Positions 17,874 to 31,244 of a DNA stretch of 64,000 bases are shown piece after piece. How positions within the stretch are numbered: the stretch's first letter is position 1; every line of letters begins with the position of its first letter. Position numbers and translations under genes: made by a program. The notes under the pieces were generated by a model. That model did no database searches. It had not been told where the DNA came from and saw only the letters and a list, made by a program, of their open reading frames with translations. Origin of the DNA: an uncultured Solirubrobacteraceae bacterium (GTDB lineage Bacteria; Actinomycetota; Thermoleophilia; Solirubrobacterales; Solirubrobacteraceae). The stretch is from NCBI GenBank assembly GCA_963831015.1, contig CAWHOM010000003.1:201704-265703 (forward strand), written 5' to 3'.

Positions 17874-19592
17874 TCAGGCGGCCGGCGCTGCGCTCAGCGG
17901 CGAACCGAGCTCGTCGTCGGCAGGAAGGACCATGGGGGGATCGGCGGCCGGCGCCTGCTCGGCGAACTCCGTGACGAACGCGTCCACCAGTTCAGGATCG
18001 AACTGGCTGCCGGCGCAGCGGCGCAGCTCGTCCAGCGCTTGCGCATGGCCTATGGCCGGACGGTAGGGACGATCCGAGAGCATCGCGTCATAGGCGTCGC
18101 AGATCGCGATGATCCTGGCGGCCAGCGGAATCTCCTCGCCGGCTACCTGATCGGGGTAGCCGCCGCCATCGAAGCGCTCGTGGGTGGCGCGCACGATCTC
18201 GGCGACCGAGCTCATCGAGGGTGCTGCCGCCAGGATGCGCTCGCCGATCACGGTATGGCGGCGCATGAAGTCCCACTCGCCATCGTCCAGCGGACCCGGC
18301 TTGGAGAGAATCGAATCCGGTATCGCGACCTTGCCGAGGTCGTGCAGCTCGGCCGCATAGCCGAGCTCCTGCAGGCCGCGCTCCGCCAGCCCCAGGCGGA
18401 TGCCGACGCGCGCTGCCGCCGTGGCCACCCCGGTCAGGTGGTCACCCAGCTCGGTGTGGCGCGCGGCCAGCGCTGCCATCAGGACGTCACGAGTCTGACG
18501 GGCGGCCGTGGCGCGCCGGGTGTGCTTGGAGGCGTACATCCGGCGGTCGCACAGACGCAGCGCCTCGGATACCTCTGCGGTCTCCGCAGGAATCCGTGCC
18601 GCGCCGCTGGAGGCCGAGATCGAGAACCCCTCGCCGCGCTCGGAGAAGCAGGCACTCCACCGCTGCACGAGTGGGTCGACGTCATCCGCGGCGAGCAACC
18701 CCGCGAGCACGCAGAACTCGTCGCCGCCGAGGCGGTAGGCCCGCGCCTGACCGGCAACCGCAGCGCTGAGCACCGAGGTGAGGCGGATCAGGAGACTGTC
18801 GCCCGCGGGGTGGCCGAAGCGGTCGTTGTACTCCTTGAAGCCGTCGAGATCGAAGATCGCCAGCACCGTGTCCTCGTCGCCGGTGACCGCGTCGTCCAGG
18901 TCGCTCATCAGCTGGCGCCGGTTTCCGAGGCCGGTGAGCGGATCGGTGAGCCCGAGGAGCTCCAGCTCGTCCTGGGTGGCGCGCATGCGCGTGCGCACGC
19001 GCTCGTTGAAGCCCCAAGCGGTCACACCGGCGAGTCCAGCCAGGGCGATGAACAGGGCGTGCAGACCGGCCCAGGCCCAGGGATCCCGCCACTCGCGGGG
19101 ATCGCTGAACACCGCCCGCGGATCGATCGTCCCCATGATCCCATGGTGGATCAGCACGAAGGCGACCGCCAGGAGGAAGACGAGCCAGTCCTCGTAGAGG
19201 GTGAGCACGACGATGATCACGAAGAAGCTGAAGTGCATCTCGATCAGGCCGCCTGAGATGTCGACCAGCGTGGCCGCGCCGGTCAGCAGACCCAGCGAGG
19301 CCGCCACCGATCGCCATTGGTTAGAGGCGCCGCTCCAGGCGGAGAGGGCGCCGAAGGCCAGCAGGGCGATGAACTCGGCCGAATAGTTGATCGGCTGGAC
19401 CCGCGGTGTGGCCAGCGCATAGACGGGCACGGTGGCCGTCACCAGCCCGAGCAGCACGACGATCACGCGGTGGCGTGGGCGCCACTCGGAGTCGGGCAGC
19501 GATCCGCCGTGCGGCAGCAGGGCGCGCAGGCGCGCCAGCGAGCCGGAATGCGCCGTGGGCGATCTCTGCGATGAGGCAGCGCGCCCGGTCAT
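17874..19592 (-). CDS. Membrane-anchored diguanylate cyclase / HD-GYP phosphodiesterase
   Basis: N-terminal TM region, then DPLTGLGN...DLDGFK..ND..GH..GD...GGDEF, then HDLGK and HERFDGGGYP. Confidence 0.92.
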   Translation of the reverse strand: MTGRAASSQRSPTAHSGSLARLRALLPHGGSLPDSEWRPRHRVIVVLLGLVTATVPVYALATPRVQPINYSAEFIALLAFGALSAWSGASNQWRSVAASLGLLTGAATLVDISGGLIEMHFSFFVIIVVLTLYEDWLVFLLAVAFVLIHHGIMGTIDPRAVFSDPREWRDPWAWAGLHALFIALAGLAGVTAWGFNERVRTRMRATQDELELLGLTDPLTGLGNRRQLMSDLDDAVTGDEDTVLAIFDLDGFKEYNDRFGHPAGDSLLIRLTSVLSAAVAGQARAYRLGGDEFCVLAGLLAADDVDPLVQRWSACFSERGEGFSISASSGAARIPAETAEVSEALRLCDRRMYASKHTRRATAARQTRDVLMAALAARHTELGDHLTGVATAAARVGIRLGLAERGLQELGYAAELHDLGKVAIPDSILSKPGPLDDGEWDFMRRHTVIGERILAAAPSMSSVAEIVRATHERFDGGGYPDQVAGEEIPLAARIIAICDAYDAMLSDRPYRPAIGHAQALDELRRCAGSQFDPELVDAFVTEFAEQAPAADPPMVLPADDELGSPLSAAPAA

Positions 19593-19798
19593 GCCAGCGG
19601 CTTGGCGTGGATTGTCCAGGCGGGCGCCGGGGGCGCGCTCGTGAGGTGGTGCAGGGGGCAGAGCAGCAGCAGCGCGGACGGCGGAGCGACGCCCGCGACG
19701 TGGTAGCCCAGCATCAGCAGGTGCGGACCCAGGGAGGCCAGGATGGCCACCGCGATGACGATCGGGGGTATCAGCTGGGCGCGCGGCAACAGCCTCAT
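19589..19798 (-). CDS. Small hydrophobic protein (69 aa) translationally coupled to the GGDEF/HD-GYP gene
   Basis: Its TGA overlaps the downstream ATG (ATGA at 19589-19592). Hydrophobic N-terminal half and an LLCPLHH motif. Confidence 0.55.
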   Translation of the reverse strand: MRLLPRAQLIPPIVIAVAILASLGPHLLMLGYHVAGVAPPSALLLLCPLHHLTSAPPAPAWTIHAKPLA

Positions 19799-19838
19799 CG
19801 TCCAAATATCGGCCGGGCGGCCCGCGCGCTTGAGGGTT

Positions 19839-20573
19839 CTAGAAAAGGCCCAGCTGCCTGTCCAGGTCCGCCGGCGGCTCCGGACTCCGGCTTTGGGCCT
19901 CGGAGGCGGCCTCGGAGGCGGCCTCGGAGGGCTCGGGTACCGGGGTCGCCGGCTCGGGCACCGCCTCCGCTGGTTCGGGCTGTTGCGGCGGTCCGAGGGC
20001 GAGCAGGTCCGGGATGCGCTGGAAGTCGGCGCGCAGCGTCTCCAGCGTGGAGGGGGTGTAGAGCGCGGCCGCCGGGTGATACAGCGGGAGCAGCCTCACG
20101 GCGCGCGGCCCGATCGTCCGGACCTCGTCCTGGCCGTGTATCCGCGAGATCCCGGTCGTGTCGCCCCGCAGCAGCTTGGTCGAGAAATTACCGAGGGTGC
20201 AGATGACGCTCGGCTCGATCAGCTGCACCTGGCGGCGCAGGTAGCCGTTGCACGACTCGATCTCGTGCGGATGCGGATCACGGTTGTTGGGGGGCCGGCA
20301 CTTGACGGTGTTGGCGATGAACACGTCGGCGCGATCCAGGCCGATCTCGGTCAGCAGCTTGTCGAGCAGCTTTCCGGCCTGTCCGACGAACGGCAGCCCC
20401 AGCTTGTCCTCGTTGGCCCCCGGCGCCTCGCCGATGAACATCAGGTCCGCGTTCGCGTTCCCGGACCCGAAGACGACCGTTGTGCGCGTCTGGTGAAGCG
20501 GGCAGGCGACGCATCCGCGTGCCTCTTCATAGACCGCCTTGAGGACCTCCCGACGCTCTGTGGCGCTTGTCAC
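19839..20573 (-). CDS. Uracil-DNA glycosylase family 4 (Fe-S)
   Basis: Cxx[18 protein letters not shown] and HPAA motifs. Confidence 0.92.
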   Translation of the reverse strand: MTSATERREVLKAVYEEARGCVACPLHQTRTTVVFGSGNANADLMFIGEAPGANEDKLGLPFVGQAGKLLDKLLTEIGLDRADVFIANTVKCRPPNNRDPHPHEIESCNGYLRRQVQLIEPSVICTLGNFSTKLLRGDTTGISRIHGQDEVRTIGPRAVRLLPLYHPAAALYTPSTLETLRADFQRIPDLLALGPPQQPEPAEAVPEPATPVPEPSEAASEAASEAQSRSPEPPADLDRQLGLF

Positions 20574-20606
20574 GCAGCGCAATGGTAGAGGCGATCGACT
20601 GCGGGG

Positions 20607-20716
20607 TATCCTGGTTTCGGAGGCCGTGACCGCCGACCCGGAACGTACCTCCGCAAATAGCAGCAAATCGCTCTCTCACTCACCGACCGGTATTCCTGAT
20701 GCGGGAACTGGAACGG
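20607..20716 (+). promoter_or_regulatory. Putative -10 box and structured 5' leader of the pantothenate operon (pan-motif-like)
   Basis: TATCCT at 20607-20612. Hairpin CGGAGG/CCTCCG at 20618-20653. Bulged hairpin CCGACCGGTATTCCTGATGCGGGAACTGGAACGG at 20683-20716. Confidence 0.45.
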
Positions 20717-21475
20717 CATCCTTACCCCACCTCTGCGCACCCGACACGCCGCCCCGAGCGGATGGCGATCATCGGCCGCGGACGGGCGGGAACCGTCCTG
20801 GCCTCGGCGTTCCGCGCCGCCGGGATGACGATAACCGGACCCCTGGGCCGCGGCGCCGCCGCGCATGACGCCGACACCGTGCTCCTGTGCGTGCCCGACG
20901 CCGAGATCGCGTCGGCTGCCGCGGCCGTCGAGATCGGACCACCGGTCGGTCATTGCTCCGGGGCCACCGGATTGGACGTGCTCGCGCCGCATGCCGCGTT
21001 CTCCCTGCATCCCCTGATGACGTTCGCCGGCGCCGGCGCGCCCCCGCGCCTGGCGGGCGCCGGCGCCGCCATCGCCGGTAGCGCGCCCCACACCCGGGCG
21101 CTGGCGCGCGCCCTGGCCGACGCGCTCGGAATGCATCCGATCGAGGTCGCGGCCGAGAATCGGGCCGCCTACCACGCCGCCGCCTCGATCGCCTCCAACT
21201 TCCTCATCACTCTGGAGGCGGCCGCCGAGCGGCTGGCCGCCACCGCCGGCGTGGAGCGCCGCTGCTGCTCCCGCTCGTGCGGGCGACGGTCGAGAACTGG
21301 GGAGCGCTGGGGCCCGAGCGTGCCCTTACCGGCCCGGTGGCCCGTGGCGACGAGCAGACGGTCGAGCGCCAGCGCGCAGCCGTCGCCGAGCGCACCCCCG
21401 AGCTCCTGGCCCTGTTCGACAGCCTGGTGCTGGCCACCCGATCGCTGGCCCACCCTCGCGGCGGTGACGGCATGA
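20699..21475 (+). CDS. Rossmann-like/DUF2520 oxidoreductase (PanG-type ketopantoate reductase), with two compensating indels
   Basis: [21 protein letters not shown] and YHAAA motifs. LTGPVARGD sits in another frame between ~21260 and ~21451. The stop overlaps the panC ATG. The true start may be the later ATG (MAIIG). Confidence 0.8.
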   Translation: MRELERHPYPTSAHPTRRPERMAIIGRGRAGTVLASAFRAAGMTITGPLGRGAAAHDADTVLLCVPDAEIASAAAAVEIGPPVGHCSGATGLDVLAPHAAFSLHPLMTFAGAGAPPRLAGAGAAIAGSAPHTRALARALADALGMHPIEVAAENRAAYHAAASIASNFLITLEAAAERLAATAGVERRCCSRSCGRRSRTGERWGPSVPLPARWPVATSRRSSASAQPSPSAPPSSWPCSTAWCWPPDRWPTLAAVTA

Positions 21476-22369
21476 AGACGGTCCGCACCGTGACCGAGCT
21501 GCGGGCCGAGCTCGCGCCGCTGCGTCGCGCCGGGCGCACGATCGGGCTGGTGCCGACGATGGGCGCTCTGCATGAGGGCCATCTCTCGCTGATGCGTCGG
21601 GCGCTCGAGGTCTGCGACGTGGTGGTCGTCTCGCTGTTCGTCAACCCCGCCCAGTTCAACGACGCCGCAGACCTGGACGTCTACCCCCGCGACGAGGCGC
21701 GTGATGCGGCGCTCGCCGCGGAGCTGGGGGTCGACTACCTGTTCGCCCCACCCGTCTCCGAGGTGTACCCGCCCGGGCTTCGCCACCTCCGTCTCGGTGG
21801 CCGGCGTCAGCGTCGGGCTGGAGGGCGAGCATCGCGGCGCCGGCCACTTCGAAGGCGTGGCCACAGTCGTGACCAAGCTGCTGAACATGGTGTCCGCGGA
21901 CGTCGCCTACTTCGGCCAGAAGGACGCCCAGCAGACGGTCGTCATCCGCCGGCTGGTACGCGACCTGGACCTCCCCGTTCGGATCGAGGTCTGCCCCACC
22001 GTGCGTGCCGCCGACGGGCTCGCCCTCTCCAGCCGCAACGCGCTGTTGTCGCCCGACGAGCGCCGGCGAGCGACCGCGCTTCACCGCGCCCTGTCCGCAG
22101 TGCGCACCGCCGTGATCGGCGGCGAATCCGACGTGGCGCGCGCCCTGGCGCCCGGACGCGCCGAGCTGGAGGGAGCCGGCGTGGACGTCGAGTATCTGAG
22201 CCTGGTGGACCCCGAGACGATGGAGCCGCTGCAGGAACTGGGCGGGGACGCGCTGGCGGTGGTGGCCGCCCGGGTCGGCCGTACCCGCCTGATCGACAAC
22301 GTGCCGATCACCGTAATCGCCGTCGAGCCCGCTGCCGCCGGCACACACCAAGGGAGGGATCAGAGATGA
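21472..22369 (+). CDS. panC: Pantoate--beta-alanine ligase (one apparent frameshift at ~21775)
   Basis: [11 protein letters not shown] and FVNPAQF in frame 1. [22 protein letters not shown] and RLIDN in frame 2. Confidence 0.92.
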
Positions 22370-22758
22370 ACCGCACGATGCTGAAGTCCAAGATCCACCG
22401 GGCGACGGTCACCGAGTGCGACCTGCACTACGTGGGATCGATCACCATCGACCCGAGCCTGCTGGAGGCAGCCGACATCCTGGAGTTCGAGCAGGTGGCC
22501 GTGGTCGACGTCGACAACGGCGCCCGCTTTGAGACGTACACGATCGCCGGCGACCGCGGATCGGGAGAGATCAAGGTCAACGGCGCAGCCGCGCGCCTCG
22601 TGCATCGCGGCGACACGATCATCGTCATCTCCTACGGGAGCTATGACCCCGAGGACCTGGAGCACTACGACCCGCGTGTCGTTCACGTCACGCAGGACAA
22701 CGAGATCCGCACCATCGACAACGAGGTGGCGACCCTGCTCGGGGCGCCAACCGCGTAA
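22366..22758 (+). CDS. panD: Aspartate 1-decarboxylase
   Basis: [20 protein letters not shown] and NGAAAR motifs; SD GGAGG. Confidence 0.96.
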   Translation: MNRTMLKSKIHRATVTECDLHYVGSITIDPSLLEAADILEFEQVAVVDVDNGARFETYTIAGDRGSGEIKVNGAAARLVHRGDTIIVISYGSYDPEDLEHYDPRVVHVTQDNEIRTIDNEVATLLGAPTA

Positions 22759-22770
22759 GGAGGCACGGCT

Positions 22771-23658
22771 ATGTCCGCCACCCCACACACCCCGGTACCG
22801 CAGGGCCTCGACGGGCCACTGCCGATGACTCTGCCGAGGCTGGCCGAGAAGAAGCATCTGGGCGAGGCGATCGTGATGCTCACCGCCTACGACTACCCGT
22901 CGGCCCAGGTCGCTCAGGAGGCCGGCGTGGACGTCGTGCTGGTCGGCGATTCGGGCGCCATGACGGTGCTCGGCTATCCCTCCACGGTGCCGGTCTCGAC
23001 CGATGAGATGCTGATGCTCGCGTCGGCCGTCCGCCGGGGCCTGAGAACGCCGCTGCTGGTGGGCGACCTGCCGTTCGGCTCCTACGAGGGCTCGGATGAG
23101 CAGGCGATCGCGACCGCCCAGCGGTTCGTCAAGGAGGCCGGCTGTGACGCGGTCAAGCTCGAGCGTGGCGGCACCAGCGTGCAGCGCGCGCGGGCGATCG
23201 TCGAGTCCGGGATCCCCGTGATGGGCCACGTCGGACTGACCCCCCAGACGGCGACGGCGCTCGGTGGCTACAAGGCCCAGGGCCGCACCGCCGAGCAGGC
23301 GCTGTCGGTCGCTCGCGACGCGATCGCCCTGCAGGAGGCCGGGTGCTTCTCGGTCGTGCTGGAGGCGATCCCCGCGGCGGTCACGCGCTCGCTGATGGAG
23401 CACATGGTGATCCCGGTGATCGGGATCGGCGCCGGAGAGGCGACCGACGGGCAGGTGCTGGTCTTCCACGACCTGTTGGGCATCTACGACGGCCACGTGG
23501 CCCGCTTCGCCAAGCGCTACGGCGACGTGCGCTCGCATATGGTGGCGGGGGTGGCCGAGTACGCCGCCGACGTCCGCAGCGGCGGCTTCCCGGGCCCGGA
23601 GCACTGGTACTCGATCGACGACGAGGAGCTCGCACGCTTCCGGGCCGGCCTGGGCTGA
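22771..23658 (+). CDS. panB: 3-methyl-2-oxobutanoate hydroxymethyltransferase
   Basis: LTAYD, LVGDS, DLPFGSY, GHVGLTPQ and GIGAG...DGQVLV motifs. Confidence 0.96.
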   Translation: MSATPHTPVPQGLDGPLPMTLPRLAEKKHLGEAIVMLTAYDYPSAQVAQEAGVDVVLVGDSGAMTVLGYPSTVPVSTDEMLMLASAVRRGLRTPLLVGDLPFGSYEGSDEQAIATAQRFVKEAGCDAVKLERGGTSVQRARAIVESGIPVMGHVGLTPQTATALGGYKAQGRTAEQALSVARDAIALQEAGCFSVVLEAIPAAVTRSLMEHMVIPVIGIGAGEATDGQVLVFHDLLGIYDGHVARFAKRYGDVRSHMVAGVAEYAADVRSGGFPGPEHWYSIDDEELARFRAGLG

Positions 23659-23708
23659 CCTCCGCCCGCTGCGCCCGACGAACCCGAGAGCTCTAGGATC
23701 CGGCGGGC

Positions 23709-24335
23709 ATGCCCCGCTTCACCCAAGTGTTCGCGCCGCGGGATCGGGTCTACTTCGAGCTGTTCGAGGAGGCCGGGCAGAACATGCTGCGTGCCTCCTC
23801 CCTGCTCTACGAGCTGCTGCGCACCTACCCCGATGACCAGCAGCTGGCGGCCGAGATCCTCGACCTCGAGCACGAGGGCGACCGGATCACGCACGACATC
23901 ATCCACCGGCTCAACCACACGTTCGTCACGCCGATCGACCGCGAGGACATCCTCGCCCTGGCCTCGGCACTCGACGACATCGTCGATTACACCGAAGAGG
24001 TCGCCGACTACCTCGAGCTCTACAAGATCGAGGCGCCGATGGAGCAGTCGATCCAGCTGGCGCGCGTGCTCAGAGACGCCTCCAGCCAGATCGCCGAGGC
24101 GCTGCCCCTGCTGCACGGCTTCCGCGACATCTCGCGCTACACCGTCGAGGTCAACCGGCTGGAGAACGAGGGGGACCGGATCACCCGTGAGGCGGTCGCC
24201 TCTCTGTTCGACGGCGGGATCGATCCGATGGTGGTGATCCGCTGGAAGGACCTGTTCGAGCGCCTGGAGGCCGCGATCGACGCCACCGAGCGCGCGGCAA
24301 ACATCATCGAGGGCATCGTCATCAAGAACTCCTGA
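23709..24335 (+). CDS. DUF47 / PhoU-like phosphate transport regulator
   Basis: EHEGD...TFVTPIDREDI...LDDIVD and ENEGD motifs. Confidence 0.88.
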   Translation: MPRFTQVFAPRDRVYFELFEEAGQNMLRASSLLYELLRTYPDDQQLAAEILDLEHEGDRITHDIIHRLNHTFVTPIDREDILALASALDDIVDYTEEVADYLELYKIEAPMEQSIQLARVLRDASSQIAEALPLLHGFRDISRYTVEVNRLENEGDRITREAVASLFDGGIDPMVVIRWKDLFERLEAAIDATERAANIIEGIVIKNS

Positions 24336-24395
24336 GCCCGCCGGCGCCGCGCACGACTACCATGCTGCGCGGCACGGACAGGAGGAAGGGAGCCC

Positions 24396-26151
24396 ATGGC
24401 AGGACACGGATGGTGGCGAAGGGCGATGGTCACAGCGGTGGCGCTGGCCGGAACGGCAGCGCTCGCGCCGGCGGCGTCCGCAGCGATCGGCAGCCCCACG
24501 CTGAAGCTCAGTCCCAGCACGGTGACCGCTGCCTCGACGGGGAACCTGGGCACCGATATCAAGTTCAGCCCCAGCGGCGGCGACTCGGTCAAGAACCTCG
24601 CGCTCCAGCTGCCGGCCGGGGTGATCGCCAACGCGTCGATCGACCACGGCGCCTGCCTGAACAGCAGCGCGCCGCAGGCCGCGTGCGTCGTGGGCACCGG
24701 AACGGTCACCGCCACCGAGAACATCCTGCTCCCGATCTCCCTGAGCCTGCCCGCCGAGTTCACGCTGGTCAAGCCGCCCGGCCCGTCTGATCTGGCGGGG
24801 CTGGCGGTGTCGGTCAAGGATCCGACCTCTGGGACATACCAGCCGCTGGGAACGCCGGCTGACGTCGTCGTGCGCCCGGCGAGTGATCCGGCGGGCTTCG
24901 GGCTGGACATCCTGTTCTCCAACATCCCGGACACGTATCCGGTGCTGGGCATGTCGACCTCGATCTCGGTCACGGAGATCAACGGCACGTTCAACGGGCT
25001 GCGCTTCCCCACCACCTGCCCGTCGACCCCGGCCACATTCGTGGTCGCGTCCAGCTCCTACAGCGACTCCACCGTCCGCAGCGTCGGCGCTCCGCTGACG
25101 GTGACGGGTTGCTCGTCGCTGAAGTTCGCGCCCGCATTCAAGGTGACGGCGGTTCGCGACAGCGGCGACCAGGCGGTCGCCTTGACCACCGATATCACCC
25201 AGAGCGCCGGCGAGGCCGCCCCGAGGTCGGTGGCGCTGACGCTTCCCTCCTCGGTTCTCGGCCCGAACGTGAGCGCCATCAGCAACCTCTGTCAGGACCC
25301 GTCATCGGGCACGTGCCATTCGGTCGGCTCAGCCTCGGGCACCTCGCCGCTTTATCCGAGGACGCTCAGCGGCCAGGCGTTTCTGACCGGGACGCCGGGC
25401 GCGCTCGCCGCGCCTTCGATCACGATCGTCTTTCCACCGCCGTTCGCGCTGACGCTCTCGGGCGCCGTCGACCTCTCGAAGGACTCGACGACCTTCACCG
25501 GCTTGCCGGACATCCCGCTCAGCGACCTGCAGGTGCAGCTCGACGGTGGCGCCAAGGGCGTGTTCGTGTCCAGTTGCGTCACGTCATCGGGCGCCGCGAC
25601 GGCGACCCTCGTTTCCCAGAACGGCGATCAGACCGCGACCGCCCCAGCGACCTTCACGGTGGCGAACTGCACCCCGCCGTCCGGCGGGAACTCGGGTGGC
25701 GGCCGGGTCGCCAAAGAGCAACCAGCCCACGCTGAGCGCCGCCCGCGTGTGGGGCCTGTTGCGTGGCCACGCGGCGATGGCCTTCACCGTGAAGGCAGCT
25801 TCCGGGAAGCCGAAGCTCAGCCGGCTCACCGTCCAGGCGCCCGCCGGCCTCGCGTTCGTCCGCCAGCGTCAGCACAAGCGTCTCCGGGTGATCGGCGTGA
25901 GCCTCGGGTCGGCGGCGCTGAAGGCGGTCTCGCTGTCTCACGGCCGCCTGCTGATCGTGTTGCGCAAGCCGGCCTCCGCCGTGACGGTGACGATCGGCCC
26001 CCGCGCGCTGCGCGAGAGCCCCGGCCTTCGCTCCAAGGCCCAGCACGTGAAGCTCAAGAGCCTGCGCCTGACCGTGAGCACCCGCGACGCCAAGGGCGGC
26101 CGGGCCACGCTGACGACGCAGATCAAGCGGCTGGGGCTGCCGGCGAGCTAG
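24396..26151 (+). CDS. Secreted Ser/Thr/Pro-rich beta-sandwich protein (one apparent frameshift at ~25704)
   Basis: Sec signal ending AASA, paired cysteines and a PTTC motif. Removing one C joins the Gly linker to the basic C-terminal domain (GGGGSPKSNQPT...), which ends at TAG 26151. Confidence 0.7.
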
Positions 26152-26166
26152 CGTCTCGCCCCAGGA

Positions 26167-26766
26167 TCAGTCGTGGCGGACGGACCGGATCACCCGCGCG
26201 GGCACCCCGGCAGCCACCGAGAACGGCGGGATGTCCTTGGTCACGACGGAGTTGGCGCCGATCACGCAGCGCTCGCCGATGGTCACCCCGCTGGTCACGA
26301 CCACGTGCGCGCCGCACCAGACGTTGTCGCCGATCCGGGTGGGTCCCCGGCTGACAAAGCCCTGCCAGGTGATCGGCCGGTGCGGATCACCGACCTGGTG
26401 ATCGGCATCGGTGACAAAGCAGCCGTTGGCGAACATGCAGTGATCGCCGATCTCCACCAGCTCCAACGCGGCGACCGTGACCGCCAGGTTCAGGAACGAC
26501 CCGCTGCCGATCCGCACTCTGGCCGGTGCCGGCGCGGTTATCCACACGTCGGGCTCCAGCAGCGTGCCCGACCCGATCTCCAGCCGCCCCTCGGCGAACG
26601 CCTCCAGCAGGTTGCCGTGGACCGGCCAGCGAGCGAACGCGCCCCGCCGCATCATCTCCCAGTGGATCCGGGCACGGTTCCAGGGCAGCGAGTTCTGCTC
26701 ATACCAGCGCCACTTCTGCGCCCACAGCTTCAGCTCGGCCCGGGAGGGCAGCTGTGGCTCGGACAC
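26167..26766 (-). CDS. Hexapeptide-repeat (LbetaH) acyltransferase
   Basis: [21 protein letters not shown] and [19 protein letters not shown] motifs. GTG 26766 lies just after an out-of-frame TGA. Confidence 0.85.
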   Translation of the reverse strand: MSEPQLPSRAELKLWAQKWRWYEQNSLPWNRARIHWEMMRRGAFARWPVHGNLLEAFAEGRLEIGSGTLLEPDVWITAPAPARVRIGSGSFLNLAVTVAALELVEIGDHCMFANGCFVTDADHQVGDPHRPITWQGFVSRGPTRIGDNVWCGAHVVVTSGVTIGERCVIGANSVVTKDIPPFSVAAGVPARVIRSVRHD

Positions 26767-26768
26767 GC

Positions 26769-29703
<2,935 letters not shown>

Positions 29704-29722
29704 GTCTTCCACTTTAGAACAG

Positions 29723-29736
29723 CGAACAGACGTTCC
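29723..29736. promoter_or_regulatory. LexA (SOS/Cheo) box upstream of uvrA
   Basis: CGAAC-AGAC-GTTCC matches the Gram-positive/actinobacterial GAAC-N4-GTTC consensus. It lies just upstream of the uvrA -10 box TAAAGT (29711-29716). Confidence 0.8.
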
Positions 29737-29774
29737 GGTCCCTAACGGCGGCCGCTGCCCTACAGTTTGTCGCT

Positions 29775-30323
29775 ATGAGCGACGAACATCGTCCGCCTGA
29801 GATGACGCCCTCCCGAGGGCCCACCCGAGCCTCTGACGCCGACCGCGAACAGCTGATCGACGAGCTCAACGAGCACGCCGTGGCGGGTCGGCTCACCACC
29901 GACGAGCTGGAGGAGCGCCTGACGGCGACCTACGCCGCGCGCACCACCGCCGAATTGGACGCGCTGCGCCGTGACCTGCCGGTTACCCCTCGCCAGGCCG
30001 CTCTGACCCACGCCCAGCGGCGGTCTCACCTGACCAGGCGGATGATCCAGGAGGCGGGCGGTTCGCTGGGCGCCTTCATCGTCTGCACGATCATCTGGGC
30101 AGCCTCAGGCGCCCACGGCCAGTTCTGGCCGGTGTGGATCCTGATCGTGGTCGTGATGGCGTTCGCGCGCAGCGGCTGGGCCCTGTTCGGTCCGGCACCC
30201 GATCTCGATGCCGTGGAGGCGAGCCTGGACGCGCGTCGCCGCAGCCGCGCCGAGCATGATCAGCGTCACGGCCGGCGCGACCTGCGCCGGTCCGAACGGC
30301 GCGACCGGCGCCTCGACCGCTAG
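29775..30323 (+). CDS. DUF1707 (SHOCT-like) domain membrane protein
   Basis: RASDADRE...GRLT..EL.ER...A.T..EL..L..DLP followed by two TM segments (FWPVW). Confidence 0.88.
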   Translation: MSDEHRPPEMTPSRGPTRASDADREQLIDELNEHAVAGRLTTDELEERLTATYAARTTAELDALRRDLPVTPRQAALTHAQRRSHLTRRMIQEAGGSLGAFIVCTIIWAASGAHGQFWPVWILIVVVMAFARSGWALFGPAPDLDAVEASLDARRRSRAEHDQRHGRRDLRRSERRDRRLDR

Positions 30324-30328
30324 GGCCG

Positions 30329-31147
30329 CTAGCCCTCGACGCTGGCGTAGACCTCGTCGAGCAGCCCGCCGGCATCCGAAAGCGAGAAGTTCTCGTTCAG
30401 GTAGCGAGCGGTCTCCTCGCGCGGCGTCCCGTTGAGCGCCATGTTGAGCGCGATAAGTCGCGCTCCCTCGGCGTCGTCGCCACCGTTGGCGGCTGCCGTC
30501 TCCACATCCTCGGCGACGGCCGGCTCGGTGGCGGTCGCAGCGGGCTCTGCCTCAACTGTCGCCTCGGGCTCGGCCTCGGCGACGGGCGCCTCGGGCTCCG
30601 GTTCGGGCTCGGGCTCGGGCTCCGGTTCGGGCTCGGGCGGCGCCTCCGGCTCGAACTGCGGCCGTGGTGACACCGCGCCCGAGACCTCGCTCAGGTTTCC
30701 CTCCAGCAGCTTCAGATCCGCGGTGAGGCGGTTGCCTCCGGTGCGCAGCGACTCGATCAGCGAGCCGAGCTCGTTCTCCATCGAATCCAGGCGCTTGAGC
30801 ATCGTGTCGGTCGACTCCGACACCTTGCCGACGTACTCGCGAGCCTGCTCGGTGGCCTGCTCGCGGGTCGCCTGAGCCTCGCTGTTGGCCTCATCGCGAA
30901 TCTCGCGCGCCTCGTTCTCGGCGTCGCGCTGGATGTCGGCCGCGCTTGACTCGGCGGCCTCGACGATCGAACGCACCTGCTCGGAAGCCGACGAGGCAAG
31001 GGTGTCGCTGCGGCGGCGGGCCGTCCGCTTGAGGTCGGCTATCTCGTCGGCGAGAGTTGACAGGTGCGCGTCGACCGCCTCGGGGTCGTAACCTCGGCGC
31101 CCGACTGGGAAGTCCTTCTTCTCGATGCTCTGCCTGTCCAGCGCCAC
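30329..31147 (-). CDS. DivIVA domain-containing coiled-coil protein
   Basis: IEKKDFPVGRRGYDPEAVDAHL, a coiled coil and an (EP)n linker. Confidence 0.85.
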   Translation of the reverse strand: MALDRQSIEKKDFPVGRRGYDPEAVDAHLSTLADEIADLKRTARRRSDTLASSASEQVRSIVEAAESSAADIQRDAENEAREIRDEANSEAQATREQATEQAREYVGKVSESTDTMLKRLDSMENELGSLIESLRTGGNRLTADLKLLEGNLSEVSGAVSPRPQFEPEAPPEPEPEPEPEPEPEPEAPVAEAEPEATVEAEPAATATEPAVAEDVETAAANGGDDAEGARLIALNMALNGTPREETARYLNENFSLSDAGGLLDEVYASVEG

Positions 31148-31244
31148 GCGAAACCTCCGTTGAAATTTACTTAGAGCAGGCTGAGCGTACCGGAAACCCG
31201 CCGCCCCGGCGGATGTTTACACAAAGGCTCCGGATATCAGCGCG

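Noticed and set aside
21277-22758. Apparent DUF2520-PanC-PanD fusion ORF (493 aa)
   Set aside because: ATGA overlaps at 21472 and 22366 mark normal gene boundaries. The middle of the ORF is out-of-frame panC.
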